Shown here: positions 20,778 to 30,533 of the stretch, piece by piece
Position numbering within the stretch: position 1 is the first letter of the stretch
Layout: each line of letters starts with the position of its first letter
NCBI GenBank assembly: GCA_903821635.1
Contig: CAIJLV010000103.1
Location: 13,231-77,230 of the forward strand
Length of the DNA: 64,000 nt
Direction of reading: 5' to 3'
Source of the DNA: an uncultured Verrucomicrobiota bacterium
Lineage (GTDB): Bacteria > Verrucomicrobiota > Verrucomicrobiia > Limisphaerales > UBA9464
Program-made: the position numbers and the translations under genes
The notes under the pieces: generated by a model
Databases searched by the model: none
The model's input: only the letters and a program-made list of their open reading frames with translations
Told to the model about the DNA's origin: nothing

Positions 20778-22208
20778 TTATTCCGCGACGTAAACATTCT
20801 TCACCTCAGAGTAGCCTTCCATCGCCGCCATGCCGAGGTCGCGGCCGAGTCCGCTGGCTTTGAAGCCGCCGAAGGGTGCCTCGACGTGGACGCTGCTGTG
20901 CGAGTTCACGCTCAGCACGCCGCTTTGCACCGTGCGGCTGACGCGCAGAGCGCGCGACAGGTTGTTGGTCCAGATCGAGCCGCTGAGGCCGTAGGGGGAG
21001 GCATTGACCTCGCGCAGCATCTCCGCTTCGTCGTCGAACGGCGTGATCGCCACGACCGGGCCGAAGATTTCTTCGCGCCAGCAGCGGTCGTTCTTGCCCA
21101 CGTCGAGCAGGACGGTGGGTTCGAGGTAGAAGCCCTTGGAGTGGGGGCGGCCGCCGCCGGTGGCGAACGTGCTGCCCTGCTTGCGTGCGTCGGCTAGGTA
21201 TTCTTCCACGCTGGCGCGCTGGCTGGCGCTGACCATGGGCCCGAGCTGGGTTTCGGCCTTGGTGGGATCGCCGACGATGAGCTTTTGGGTCGCGGCGACG
21301 AACTTCTCGACGAAGGCGGCATAGACGCTGCGTTCCACGAACATGCGGCTGCGGGCGCAGCAATCCTGACCGGTGTTGGCAAAGACGCTCATCGGCGACG
21401 ATTCCGCGGCGCGCTGCCAATCGGCGTCGGCAAAGACGATGTTGGGCGACTTGCCGCCGAGTTCGAGGGACACGCGTTTGATGTCGCGGGCGGCGAGTTC
21501 CATGATGCGCCGGCCAATCTCGGTCGAGCCGGTGAAGGACACTTTGCGGATCAGCGGGTGCGTGACCAGTGCGTCACCGACGGCGGCGCCGGGTCCCGAC
21601 AGCACTTGCAAGACACCTGGGGGCAGGCCCGCCGCGTGCGCGATCTGGCCGAGTGCCAAGGCGGTCAAGGGCGAGAGTGAAGCAGGCTTGAGCACTACGC
21701 AGTTACCGGCGGCGAGGGCCGGGGCGGCTTTCCAAGCGGCGATGGGAAAGGGGAAATTCCACGGCACGATCGCCGCCACGACGCCCATGGATTGGCGGAG
21801 TGTATAGTCGAGTCCGCCGCGGGCGACGGGGATGGTTTGGCCGCAGAACTTGCCGACGGCGCCGGCGTAATACTCGAACACCCGGGCGCCCAGCAGCACC
21901 TCGTCGCGGGCATCGCTGATGGGCTTGCCGATCTGGAGCATCTCAAACTCGGCGAGGTGTTCGGCGTAGTCGCGGAGGAGTCGGGCGATGGCGAAGAGAA
22001 TTTCGGCGCGTTTGCCCGGTGCCAAGTCCCGCCAACCGCCTTCCCAAGCGCGGTGGGCGGATTCCACCGCGGCATTTACATCTTCGGCGCCCGCGGCGGC
22101 GACTTCGGCAAAGGGCTGTTCGGTGGCGGGATTGATCAGGTGGGTTGTGCGGCCGGATTTTGCGGCGTGCCAGGCTCCGTCCACGAACAACTGCGAAGGT
22201 AACTTCAT
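20778..22208 (-). CDS. NAD(P)-dependent aldehyde dehydrogenase family protein
   Basis: 476 aa. VSLELGGKSPNIVF carries the catalytic Glu region, GQDCCARSR the catalytic Cys, and EEIFGPV is also present. Confidence 0.92.
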   Translation of the reverse strand: MKLPSQLFVDGAWHAAKSGRTTHLINPATEQPFAEVAAAGAEDVNAAVESAHRAWEGGWRDLAPGKRAEILFAIARLLRDYAEHLAEFEMLQIGKPISDARDEVLLGARVFEYYAGAVGKFCGQTIPVARGGLDYTLRQSMGVVAAIVPWNFPFPIAAWKAAPALAAGNCVVLKPASLSPLTALALGQIAHAAGLPPGVLQVLSGPGAAVGDALVTHPLIRKVSFTGSTEIGRRIMELAARDIKRVSLELGGKSPNIVFADADWQRAAESSPMSVFANTGQDCCARSRMFVERSVYAAFVEKFVAATQKLIVGDPTKAETQLGPMVSASQRASVEEYLADARKQGSTFATGGGRPHSKGFYLEPTVLLDVGKNDRCWREEIFGPVVAITPFDDEAEMLREVNASPYGLSGSIWTNNLSRALRVSRTVQSGVLSVNSHSSVHVEAPFGGFKASGLGRDLGMAAMEGYSEVKNVYVAE

Positions 22209-22347
22209 GGGCGAAGCCTCCCGATGTGGTCGCCGCGGAGCAATCCCCCATGTTTGTGAATCGGGGGGTGAATTTTGTTGGGTGAAGTTCCCAAATTCCC
22301 GCTCGCCGCCCGCCGCCGGACATGGTTCAACAGGGGCTTGCGATCGG

Positions 22348-22424
22348 GCACCGATAGCTCAATTGGATAGAGCTTCTGACTTCGGATCAGAAGGTTGCAG
22401 GTTCAAGTCCTGCTCGGTGCACCA
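22348..22424 (+). tRNA. tRNA-Arg (anticodon TCG)
   Basis: Manual cloverleaf. Acceptor GCACCGA/TCGGTGC, D arm GCTC-AATTGGATA-GAGC, anticodon arm TCTGA-CTTCGGA-TCAGA, T arm GCAGG-TTCAAGT-CCTGC, and an encoded CCA. 77 nt. Confidence 0.9.
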
Positions 22425-22503
22425 CTTCAAACGCGAACCCCGGCCAGACACACTCCAAAAAAATCCTTAGGGCGTCACCGCCCCCTCAACGTTTCACGCC
22501 GAG

Positions 22504-25500
22504 TTAGTGGAGAGTTTGGTCCAACGCCTCCAGCAGGGTTTCGGCGGTGAAGGGTTTGGTCAGAAATTGAGTGACGCCATACGACTTCAGTTTCTCGATC
22601 CGTTCCGGGTCGCCCCCTTCGATGAGTCCGCTCGCGGCGAGGCACCGGGTGCCGGGTTTGATCCGCTGGAGTTGGGAGACCAACGTGACGCCGTCCATGA
22701 TGGGCATCATGATGTCGGTGATCACCACGGCTACGTCGGCTTGGTTTTGGGCAAAGGTCAGCAAGGCATCGACGCCGTTCGCGGCTGTAAGCACGCGGTA
22801 GCCGGAGCTCTTCAGGAGGGTTTCGCCCACTTCTAGGATGCCTGGTTCGTCGTCGACCAGCAGCACTAGTTCGTTTTTCCCCTGCGGCAATTGCGGCCGC
22901 TTTTGCTGGCGTGCGTCTTCCACTTCGTCGGCCGGCAGTGCGGGCAGGAAAATTGTGAAACGGGTGCCTTGTCCGGGAGTGCTGTCCACGGAGACGGCGC
23001 CGGCATGCCCGCGGAGGATACCCACGACGGTGGATAACCCTAGGCCGGTGCCTTTGCCTTGTTCCTTGGTGGTGAAGAACGGATCGAAAATCCGGTTAAC
23101 GATCTCCGGCGGGATGCCGGTGCCGGTATCGCTCACTTCTAGGCGCACATAGTCGCCGGCGGCTAGGTTGGCCAAGGCCCGGGCCGTGGACTCGTCCAAA
23201 TGTTCGTTGCTGGCGCTGAACACGAGTTCGCCGCCCAAGGGCATGCTGTCCCGGGCGTTCACGCTCAAATTGAGCAGGACTTGATGCAACTGGCTGGCGT
23301 CCCCCCGGACGAGTCGCAGGCCCCCCGCTAGGCGGGTCTTGAGCTCGATGTTGCGGGGAAAAGTTTCGCTGACGAGGGCGGCCATTTCCTTGATCAGGTG
23401 GCGCAATTGCAACGGCACTTTTTCCCCGTCCATGCCGCGGGCAAAGGTGAGCACTTGTTTCACGATCCCGGCGCCGCGCTTGGCGCTTGTTTCGATGGTC
23501 TTCACGAGGCGGTGGAGGTCGGGCGGCAGCTCGCTCCATTGCAGGATTTCGGCGGACATCAGGATGGGGGTCAGCACGTTGTTCAAGTCATGGGCGATGC
23601 CACCGGCCAGCAGGCCCAACCCCTCCATGCGTTGCGCCCGAAGGTATTGCTGTTCGAGGCTGCGTCGTTCGGTGATGTCCTGCTTGATCGCGATGAAGTG
23701 GGTGACTTTTCCGACGGCGGACCAGAGGGGGGTAATGGTCATTTCCTCGTCAAAAATCGTCCCGTCCTTGCGGCGATTTTTCAGTTCCCCATGCCAGACT
23801 TTGCCCTGCGCGACGGTGGCCCACATTTCCCGATAAAAGTCGTCGCTCTGCACGCCTGATTTGAGGAGTCGCGGGGTTTGGCCCAGGGCTTCCGCCAGCG
23901 AGTAGCCGGTGTGCCGGCTGAAGGCGGCATTGGCCCAGACGATCTGCCCAGATTGGTCGGTGATCACGATGGCGTTGGCCGCCGCGTTCAGCGCCGCGAC
24001 TTGCAACTGCATCTGGGCCTGAGTGGCCCGTTGCTCGGTGACGTCGAGCATCACGGCCACGGCGCCGAGGGAGACGCCTTCCGTGGTCTTTACTTGGGCG
24101 GCATTGGCCAGGATGTGTCGGGGCGGCTGCCCGGCGGCGGCAATCACCATGTGGGCCGCTTTCACGTTTTTCTGCCGAAGTGCGCGGGCCAACGGGACGG
24201 TCTCGGCGGTCATCCGGGTTTCCCCGTCCGCCTCAAACAGGTCATAGAGGTTGGCCCATTGGTCTTGGGACACTTCCGCCGGCCCGAGGCCATGCCATTC
24301 GCGGGCGGCGCGGTTGAAGAGTCGCAGCTTGCCGGTGGCATCGCAGGCCACCACGCCGGCGCTCAGATTTTCGAGCAGAGCCCGGGTGAATTCCTGCTCG
24401 TGCAGGAGGGCTTCCTCGATTGCCCGTCGCTGGGTCAGGTCGAAGAAGGTCACCAACAGGTCGTCGGCCAATTCACTGCCGGAGAGCTCCACGGTTCGGA
24501 TTTGGCCACCTAGGCAGGTGACCTGGCACTCTATCGGTTCAATCGCCTGCCTGCCCGCCCGGGCTTGGGTGGCCGCTCGGGTCCAGCGGGCCACCACGTC
24601 CTGGCGATACTGGGCGTCCGGATAGGCCAGCAGCCACCAGTGCTCCACTGTCGGGAGTTCTTTGGTGGTGTAGCCGAAGTTGCGGATGAACTGGGCGTTC
24701 AAATAGGTGATACCGCCCTCGCGGCTGGAAATGGCCAGCGGAATGGGCGCCTGCTCGAACAGCCGGCGGAAACGCTCCTCGCTTTGCTGAAGCACCTGCT
24801 CCGCCTGTTTGCGTTCGGTGATGTCGGTCCAGATCGACACGAGGTATGATTTCCCCCTGACTTGCAGACCGTGGGCGCTAACTCGCACCTCCCGCAGCGT
24901 CCCGTCCCGGCGACGATGCTGGGCTTCCACCACCAGCCCGCGCGGCTGGGCCAGCATCGCGGCGACATTTGCCCGGATTTGGTCAGGAGTATGGCCGACT
25001 TCGATGTCGGCCACCGTCAATTGGGCAAACTCGTCGTAGCTGTAGCCGAGGTTGAGGTGGGCGGCTTCGTTGAATTCGACAAAACGCCACGTCTCCGCGT
25101 CCACCAAGGCGATGGCGTCCATGGCCTGTTCAAAGATGGCCGCCAAGACTTCCTCCCGTTCCCGGAGGGTTTGCTGGGCGTGCCGGGCGGCGGCATCGCG
25201 CTCCAGATTATCGACCGCAAACGAGACATCCCCGGCGGCTTCCAGCAGCAGATTGATTTCTTGGTCGCCAAAGTGATTCGTATCGGCCGCGTAAACCGAC
25301 AGCACGCCGGCGCATTTTCCGCCCCGCCGCAAGGGCAGCGCCAGCGATGACTTGATCCCCGCCTGCTGGGCGGCCTCGCGCCAAGGGCCGGTGTGGGGAT
25401 CGGCGTTGAAGTCGTTGCACAGGTAGATGCGCTCTTCGCGCAGGGCGGTTCCACTCGGGCCTCGTCCTTCCGGGCGCCCGGCGTCCGTCGAGAGCTTAAG

Positions 25501-27087
25501 TCCCTGAGTGTAACCGGTGGTATCGCCCACGACCGCCCGGGGCAGGATCAACTGCGTGACGGGGTCCAGCCAACCAATCCAAGCCAGCTTGAATGCGCCT
25601 TGGTGGACCAAAATTTGGCAGACTTGCTGGAACAGGATTTCGACGGAGGTGCTTTGGACAATCGCTTGGTTTACGCCGCTCAGGGCCGCGTAGAGCCGGT
25701 TGAATTGCCGGATGTGCTCCACCTCCTGTTGGCGCTGGGTGATGTCGCGGATGACGACAATGATTTCAAAGTGACCGTTGGTTCGGATGGCCCGGCCGCG
25801 GATTTCTACAGGCAGAACCGTTCCGTCCTTGCGGCGATGCTGCGTTTCGAAGTTCGCGCCTTCGGGCGTTTGGAACTGCTTCAAGTGGTCAGCGAGGCTG
25901 GGTTCGGTGGCTGGCGACCGGAAGGCCTGCGCCGGCAGGAGGTGCATTTCCTCGGCACTGTAGCCGTAGACTTGCAGCGCCCGTTGGTTGCATTCCACGA
26001 CGCACAGGTCCTCGTTTAGCACCAGGATGATGTCATTGGTTTCCCGCATGAGGGAAACCAGCCGGCGGTCTTTGAGCCGCAGAGCCTCTTCGGTGGCCAG
26101 TCGCTGCCGCAGCAAGGCCGATTTCTGCTGCCGCCACCACCAGCCGCCACCCAAAAACAAAGCCAGCAGACTGACCGCCACAACCAGTGAAACCTGTCTG
26201 GCTTCGGCCCGCAGTGGCGCCTCCACTTCGTCGCGATCCACCTTGGAAATCATGATCCAAGCCGTGCCGGGCACCGCCCGGATGGCCCCCACCACGGGGT
26301 GGCCGCGATAGTCCACCCCCCGCATGGGGCCGACTTTTCCTTCGTCCGTCGGCGTCGCCAAAAGCGGATTACTCGGCGTGAAGGGCAAGCCTACGGACAG
26401 GGCGGAATTCGTTCGGTGCCGGAGGTCGTTCAGGAAGACGCTCGCGTCGCCCTCGCGTCGCCCTAGCAGGGTTTCGGCGCTGGCACTGGGCGTGGGCCAC
26501 GACTGGACCAGTGGATACAGGAATTGCCGCAGGTCGTTGCGTAACACCAATACGGAGTGCACCTCGCCGCGTTCCAAGCCCAGAGGCTGGAACAGTTCCA
26601 AATGGGGGGCTGCCTCCGGTTTGTGGCGGTGAATGTCCGACCACACGGGTTTCTGGTCGCGGGCAGCCGTTTGGACCGAGCGACGGATCTGTTCATCCTG
26701 GGGCACGGTGCCGGGCGGGAAAGCCAACAGCAAATTCCCCGCCCGGTCGTAGAGGGCTGCCCCCTGATAAGAATAAGCCCCCTGCAAAGCCGCCAGCCAT
26801 TGCTGCACCGCGGCCCGCCCTCCGGCTTCGTCCTGATTCGCCAAGAAAGCGCGGATGGCCTCCTGAATCATGGGCGTGTGGGCGGCGGCCCGTGCGTCGG
26901 ACTGGCGTTCCTCCAACCAGTTGCTGATTTGGCCCACTTTGAATTCCGCGATCGTGGCGAGTTCCTGACTGGTCCTCCGCTCGGTCTCGCGCCAGCGGCC
27001 CCGATAGTGGGCGTAGCCGAGGCCGACCAGCAGGACCGCGGTCAAACCCAGCGCCGCAATCAACCAGCGTTCCTTCGGGGTGATCAT
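22504..27087 (-). CDS. Multi-PAS/GAF hybrid sensor histidine kinase with C-terminal receiver domain
   Basis: 1527 aa. Two TM segments flank an N-terminal extracytoplasmic region. These are followed by several PAS-like repeats and a GAF-like segment. H-box GGIAHDLNNVLTPIL, HATPase motif DTGTGIP...GTGLGLSTV, and receiver LVDDEPGILE...ITDIMMPIMDG. Confidence 0.9.
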   Translation of the reverse strand: MITPKERWLIAALGLTAVLLVGLGYAHYRGRWRETERRTSQELATIAEFKVGQISNWLEERQSDARAAAHTPMIQEAIRAFLANQDEAGGRAAVQQWLAALQGAYSYQGAALYDRAGNLLLAFPPGTVPQDEQIRRSVQTAARDQKPVWSDIHRHKPEAAPHLELFQPLGLERGEVHSVLVLRNDLRQFLYPLVQSWPTPSASAETLLGRREGDASVFLNDLRHRTNSALSVGLPFTPSNPLLATPTDEGKVGPMRGVDYRGHPVVGAIRAVPGTAWIMISKVDRDEVEAPLRAEARQVSLVVAVSLLALFLGGGWWWRQQKSALLRQRLATEEALRLKDRRLVSLMRETNDIILVLNEDLCVVECNQRALQVYGYSAEEMHLLPAQAFRSPATEPSLADHLKQFQTPEGANFETQHRRKDGTVLPVEIRGRAIRTNGHFEIIVVIRDITQRQQEVEHIRQFNRLYAALSGVNQAIVQSTSVEILFQQVCQILVHQGAFKLAWIGWLDPVTQLILPRAVVGDTTGYTQGLKLSTDAGRPEGRGPSGTALREERIYLCNDFNADPHTGPWREAAQQAGIKSSLALPLRRGGKCAGVLSVYAADTNHFGDQEINLLLEAAGDVSFAVDNLERDAAARHAQQTLREREEVLAAIFEQAMDAIALVDAETWRFVEFNEAAHLNLGYSYDEFAQLTVADIEVGHTPDQIRANVAAMLAQPRGLVVEAQHRRRDGTLREVRVSAHGLQVRGKSYLVSIWTDITERKQAEQVLQQSEERFRRLFEQAPIPLAISSREGGITYLNAQFIRNFGYTTKELPTVEHWWLLAYPDAQYRQDVVARWTRAATQARAGRQAIEPIECQVTCLGGQIRTVELSGSELADDLLVTFFDLTQRRAIEEALLHEQEFTRALLENLSAGVVACDATGKLRLFNRAAREWHGLGPAEVSQDQWANLYDLFEADGETRMTAETVPLARALRQKNVKAAHMVIAAAGQPPRHILANAAQVKTTEGVSLGAVAVMLDVTEQRATQAQMQLQVAALNAAANAIVITDQSGQIVWANAAFSRHTGYSLAEALGQTPRLLKSGVQSDDFYREMWATVAQGKVWHGELKNRRKDGTIFDEEMTITPLWSAVGKVTHFIAIKQDITERRSLEQQYLRAQRMEGLGLLAGGIAHDLNNVLTPILMSAEILQWSELPPDLHRLVKTIETSAKRGAGIVKQVLTFARGMDGEKVPLQLRHLIKEMAALVSETFPRNIELKTRLAGGLRLVRGDASQLHQVLLNLSVNARDSMPLGGELVFSASNEHLDESTARALANLAAGDYVRLEVSDTGTGIPPEIVNRIFDPFFTTKEQGKGTGLGLSTVVGILRGHAGAVSVDSTPGQGTRFTIFLPALPADEVEDARQQKRPQLPQGKNELVLLVDDEPGILEVGETLLKSSGYRVLTAANGVDALLTFAQNQADVAVVITDIMMPIMDGVTLVSQLQRIKPGTRCLAASGLIEGGDPERIEKLKSYGVTQFLTKPFTAETLLEALDQTLH

Positions 27088-27299
27088 TGAAATTTAATCC
27101 GCAGTGGGCCGCGTAAACGATCTCGTTTGAGCGCCAGCCCAACTCCCCCAAAGTGCCGCAAAGCGTCCGCGGAACAACTGTGAAAGCAGGGTGCTGTAGT
27201 CAGCGACGGTTGCCAACGGAAGCCCATTTCGGCGTCCCCGCGGGGCCGGTCCGCCGCTCCCTAGCCAGTGCGAGCCCAAGTGGGACTGCGCCGGACTGG

Positions 27300-27325
27300 G
27301 CCAAGGCGTTTTGCGCCTTGGCTTT
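27300..27325 (+). terminator. Orphan terminator-like hairpin in the histidine kinase/oxidoreductase intergenic region
   Basis: gccaaggcg (27300-27308), loop ttttg, cgccttggc (27314-27322), followed by TTTGG. No annotated plus-strand gene lies upstream of it. Confidence 0.3.
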
Positions 27326-27350
27326 GGCGCCGGCCGCTCGCTAAGTTTTC

Positions 27351-27391
27351 CCCGGTTGAAGCCCGGTTGGGGCCGCCTCGTGGCCCCGGTT
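27351..27391. repeat. Three phased CCCGGTT heptamers
   Basis: CCCGGTT occurs at 27351, 27362 and 27385, a spacing of 11 and 23 nt. The last copy ends 62 nt upstream of the ATG at 27453. A GGGGCC/GGCCCC hairpin (27369-27387) overlaps them. Confidence 0.3.
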
Positions 27392-27452
27392 TCGGAGCCG
27401 CAGATTGCAGGTTAAAACCCTGCGCAGCGCAGTATTTTGAATCATCCCCGTT

Positions 27453-28370
27453 ATGAGTGAACGCATCGCTTTCGTCGGAGTTGGCCGCATGGGCGCCAAC
27501 ATGGCTCGTCGGCTCAAGGAATCGGGTTGGGACCTGACCGCCGTTTACGACGCCCGCCCTGAAACCGCCGCCGCCTTGGCCCAAGAGTTGAACTGCGCCC
27601 ACGCGCGCAAACTGGCGGAGGTCACCGCGCTCGCGGACATCATTTTCACGGTCGTCACGGACGACAAATCAATGGCCCGCATCTTTGCGCCGAAAGGCGA
27701 CAGCCTGCTCGTCGGGGCGCGCGGCCGGGTTTTCATCAACTGCGCCACCGTGTCGCCGGCGACGCATGTGGCGGTGGAAAAACTCGCGGCCAAGGCCAAG
27801 GCGGCTTCGCTGGAAGCCTGCATGGCGTCGTCGATCAACCAGGCCCGCGCCGGCACGCTTTACCTGATGATCGGTGGTAAACAACCCGTCTTTGAGCAGG
27901 TAAAACCGTTGCTCACGAAGCTCTCAGACGAAGGCAAACTGCTGCGTTACATCGGCAAAGCCGGGCAGGCGGCGCAGGTCAAGGCGCTGGTCAACATGGT
28001 CATGAACATCAACACCGCCGGATTGGCGGAAGGGCTCGGACTGGGCGCTGCCCTCGGGTTGGATCTCAAGACGTTGCTGGAGGTGTTTTCCCAGACGGGC
28101 GCGAATAGCCGGGTGTTGGCGACCGACGGCGAAGACATGTTGAACCGCGACCACGCCTGTTTCTTCAGCGCCGCCCACGCGGCCAAGGACAGCGGCATCG
28201 CCTACGCCCTCGGGCAGCAGGCGAAGTTGGAATTGCCGTTGGCGAAAGCCGCGCTCAGTCAGTATCGCAAACTGGTGAAACTCGGCTTGGGCGACCTCGA
28301 TAAGTCCGGGATCGCGGAACTGACCTTCAAGGGTCGCGGCCCCAAGAAGGCGGCCTCGCCGAAGAAGTAA
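27453..28370 (+). CDS. NAD(P)-dependent oxidoreductase (3-hydroxyisobutyrate / 6-phosphogluconate dehydrogenase-like)
   Basis: N-terminal Rossmann motif IAFVGVGRMGANMARRL. The beta-hydroxyacid dehydrogenase pattern is present (GAGQAAQVKALVNM...). Confidence 0.85.
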   Translation: MSERIAFVGVGRMGANMARRLKESGWDLTAVYDARPETAAALAQELNCAHARKLAEVTALADIIFTVVTDDKSMARIFAPKGDSLLVGARGRVFINCATVSPATHVAVEKLAAKAKAASLEACMASSINQARAGTLYLMIGGKQPVFEQVKPLLTKLSDEGKLLRYIGKAGQAAQVKALVNMVMNINTAGLAEGLGLGAALGLDLKTLLEVFSQTGANSRVLATDGEDMLNRDHACFFSAAHAAKDSGIAYALGQQAKLELPLAKAALSQYRKLVKLGLGDLDKSGIAELTFKGRGPKKAASPKK

Positions 28371-28426
28371 TCCGATCGGCGCAGGGGGCCGCTTGGCGCC
28401 CCTTTCCTGGCTGAGCCTGCCCCGGC

Positions 28427-29689
28427 CTAACTCGCCGTTTCTGGGGCGGCTTGGCCTTCGGGCGGGATGTTCAGTTCGCCCTCCCAACGCGCCATGACGG
28501 CGGTGGCGAGGCAGTTGCCGACGAGATTCACGGTCGTCCGAGCCATGTCCATGAGTTCATCCACGCCGATGATCAGGATGATGCCTTCGAGCGGGAGATC
28601 GAAGGTGACGAGGGTGCCGGCGAGAATCACTTGGGATGCCCGCGGGATGCCCGCCATGCCTTTGCTCGTGAGCATCAGCGTCAGGACGATGGCAATTTGC
28701 TGGGGCAACCCCAGTTCCACCTTGGCGGCCTGCGCGACAAACACGGCGGCGACGGCGAGGTAAAGCGTCGAGCCGTCCAAATTGAAGGAATACCCCAGCG
28801 GCATCACGAAGGAGACGATTCGTTTTGGAATCCCGAACGTGATCAGGCGCTTCATGGCGTCGGGCAGCGCGGCATCGGAGGACGTGGTGGTGAACGCCAG
28901 CACGATGGGTTCCCAAAGCAGACGGATGAACCGCTTCACCGGCACGCCCGCCCACAGGGCCACCGGTAGCAGCACGCCGAGGCAGAAAACAATCAGGGCG
29001 GCGTAGAGTGTGAGGATGAGCTTCCCGAGGTTCAGCAGCACACTGATGCCGCTGTGTCCGACCGTGTAAGCCATGGCGGCGCCGATGCCGAGCGGGGCGA
29101 ATTTCATGACCAAGCCGGTGAATTTGAACATCACCTCGGTCAACGCTTCGCACCAGCGCAGCATGACTTCCCGCGGCTGGCGTTCGATTTGGGCCAGCGC
29201 CACGCCAAACATCAGAGCAAAGAAGACGACTTGGAGCACGTCGTTGGCCGCCGCCGCCTCGAAGAAACTACGCGGCACGATGTGCTCGATGATCCCCGCG
29301 GCCGTCACCTTGTTGGCCGCAATCTTTTCCCCGGTGCCGGGCGCCGGCAGGCTGAGGCCGTCGCCGGGGCGAGTGAGGTTCACCGCGACGAGCCCGATGA
29401 CGAGGGCGAGCGTCGTCACCACCTCGAAGTAGATGATTGCCTTTAGAGCGAGCCGACCGACGGACTTCAGATCGTCGCTGTGCCCGGCCACGCCGACCAC
29501 CAAGGTGCCGAAGACGAGCGGCACCAAGATGCACTTGATCATCTTTAGAAAGACGTTGGAAACGATCTTCAGATGCTGCGACTCGGCCGGGAAGGCCACG
29601 CCGATGGCCACGCCAGCCACCATCGAGATGAAAATCCACTGCGTGAGCGAAATGCGCCGGAGGAACTGCCACATAGCGCCGCGGAGCAT
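28427..29689 (-). CDS. Dicarboxylate/amino acid:cation symporter (DAACS, GltP/DctA-like)
   Basis: Polytopic, with SSDAALP, MPLGYSFNLDGSTLY and GIPRASQVILAGTL motifs. The start is set at ATG 29689; 29674 is also possible. Confidence 0.88.
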   Translation of the reverse strand: MLRGAMWQFLRRISLTQWIFISMVAGVAIGVAFPAESQHLKIVSNVFLKMIKCILVPLVFGTLVVGVAGHSDDLKSVGRLALKAIIYFEVVTTLALVIGLVAVNLTRPGDGLSLPAPGTGEKIAANKVTAAGIIEHIVPRSFFEAAAANDVLQVVFFALMFGVALAQIERQPREVMLRWCEALTEVMFKFTGLVMKFAPLGIGAAMAYTVGHSGISVLLNLGKLILTLYAALIVFCLGVLLPVALWAGVPVKRFIRLLWEPIVLAFTTTSSDAALPDAMKRLITFGIPKRIVSFVMPLGYSFNLDGSTLYLAVAAVFVAQAAKVELGLPQQIAIVLTLMLTSKGMAGIPRASQVILAGTLVTFDLPLEGIILIIGVDELMDMARTTVNLVGNCLATAVMARWEGELNIPPEGQAAPETAS

Positions 29690-29865
29690 GGCGATTTCCC
29701 TGCGGCTGTCCCAGCCCTTTGCTGGGGATGCCCCCCGAGCCCGGCTCACAATCGTTGCGCTTGCCCGGGCAACCACCCGCGCCGCTCGGGGCGAGATCCG
29801 CCCTCACACCGAAGTCTGGAGCGTTGGAGGTGTTCTCGCCCTGCCTTCGCCGCTATGCTCGTCCC

Positions 29866-30471
29866 ATGTCGTCACCAGCGGAACCGACCGCCCTCGAAAT
29901 CACCACGGCCATGCGCGAGTGGCTGGAGAAGGCGGTCATCGGGCTCAACCTCTGTCCGTTTGCCAAGGCCGTGCATGTCCGCAAGCAGATCCGGTATGTC
30001 GTCAGTGAAGCCCAAACTGAAGCGGAGCTTGCGGCTGAATTGCGCACGGAGCTACTCGCCTTGCAGGCGGCCGACCCCGCGCTCGTCGAGACGACCATGC
30101 TCATCCATCCGCGGGTGCTGCGTGATTTCGGCGAGTTCAACAACTTCCACGACGAGGCCGACGCGGCCTTGGAGGAATTGAATCTGGTCGGGGAGATCCA
30201 AGTCGCCAGCTTCCATCCCGACTTCGCCTTTGCCGGCACCGAACCAGACGACATTACCAATTTCACCAACCGGGCGCCCTATCCGACCCTGCACCTGTTG
30301 CGCGAAGCGAGCGTCGAGCGGGCGCTGGAGGCGTATCCGGAGCCGGAGAAAATTTACGAAGCCAATCTTGAAACCATGCGCCGGCTCGGCCCCGAAGGGT
30401 GGCGCCAGCTCTGGCAAAAAGACGGCGGCGGCGCCTCGCCGTCGGCGCTGCCCCCGGAAACTGGACATTAA
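29866..30471 (+). CDS. DUF1415 domain-containing protein
   Basis: VIGLNLCPFAKAV...VASFHPDFAFAG...NFTNRAPYPTLHLLRE matches the DUF1415 pattern. The start is at ATG 29866. Confidence 0.75.
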   Translation: MSSPAEPTALEITTAMREWLEKAVIGLNLCPFAKAVHVRKQIRYVVSEAQTEAELAAELRTELLALQAADPALVETTMLIHPRVLRDFGEFNNFHDEADAALEELNLVGEIQVASFHPDFAFAGTEPDDITNFTNRAPYPTLHLLREASVERALEAYPEPEKIYEANLETMRRLGPEGWRQLWQKDGGGASPSALPPETGH

Positions 30472-30533
30472 ATTCGTCGGTTGCCCGACTGAATCCCCAG
30501 TCCACAGTGCACGTCGGAATCAGGTCTCGGGTC

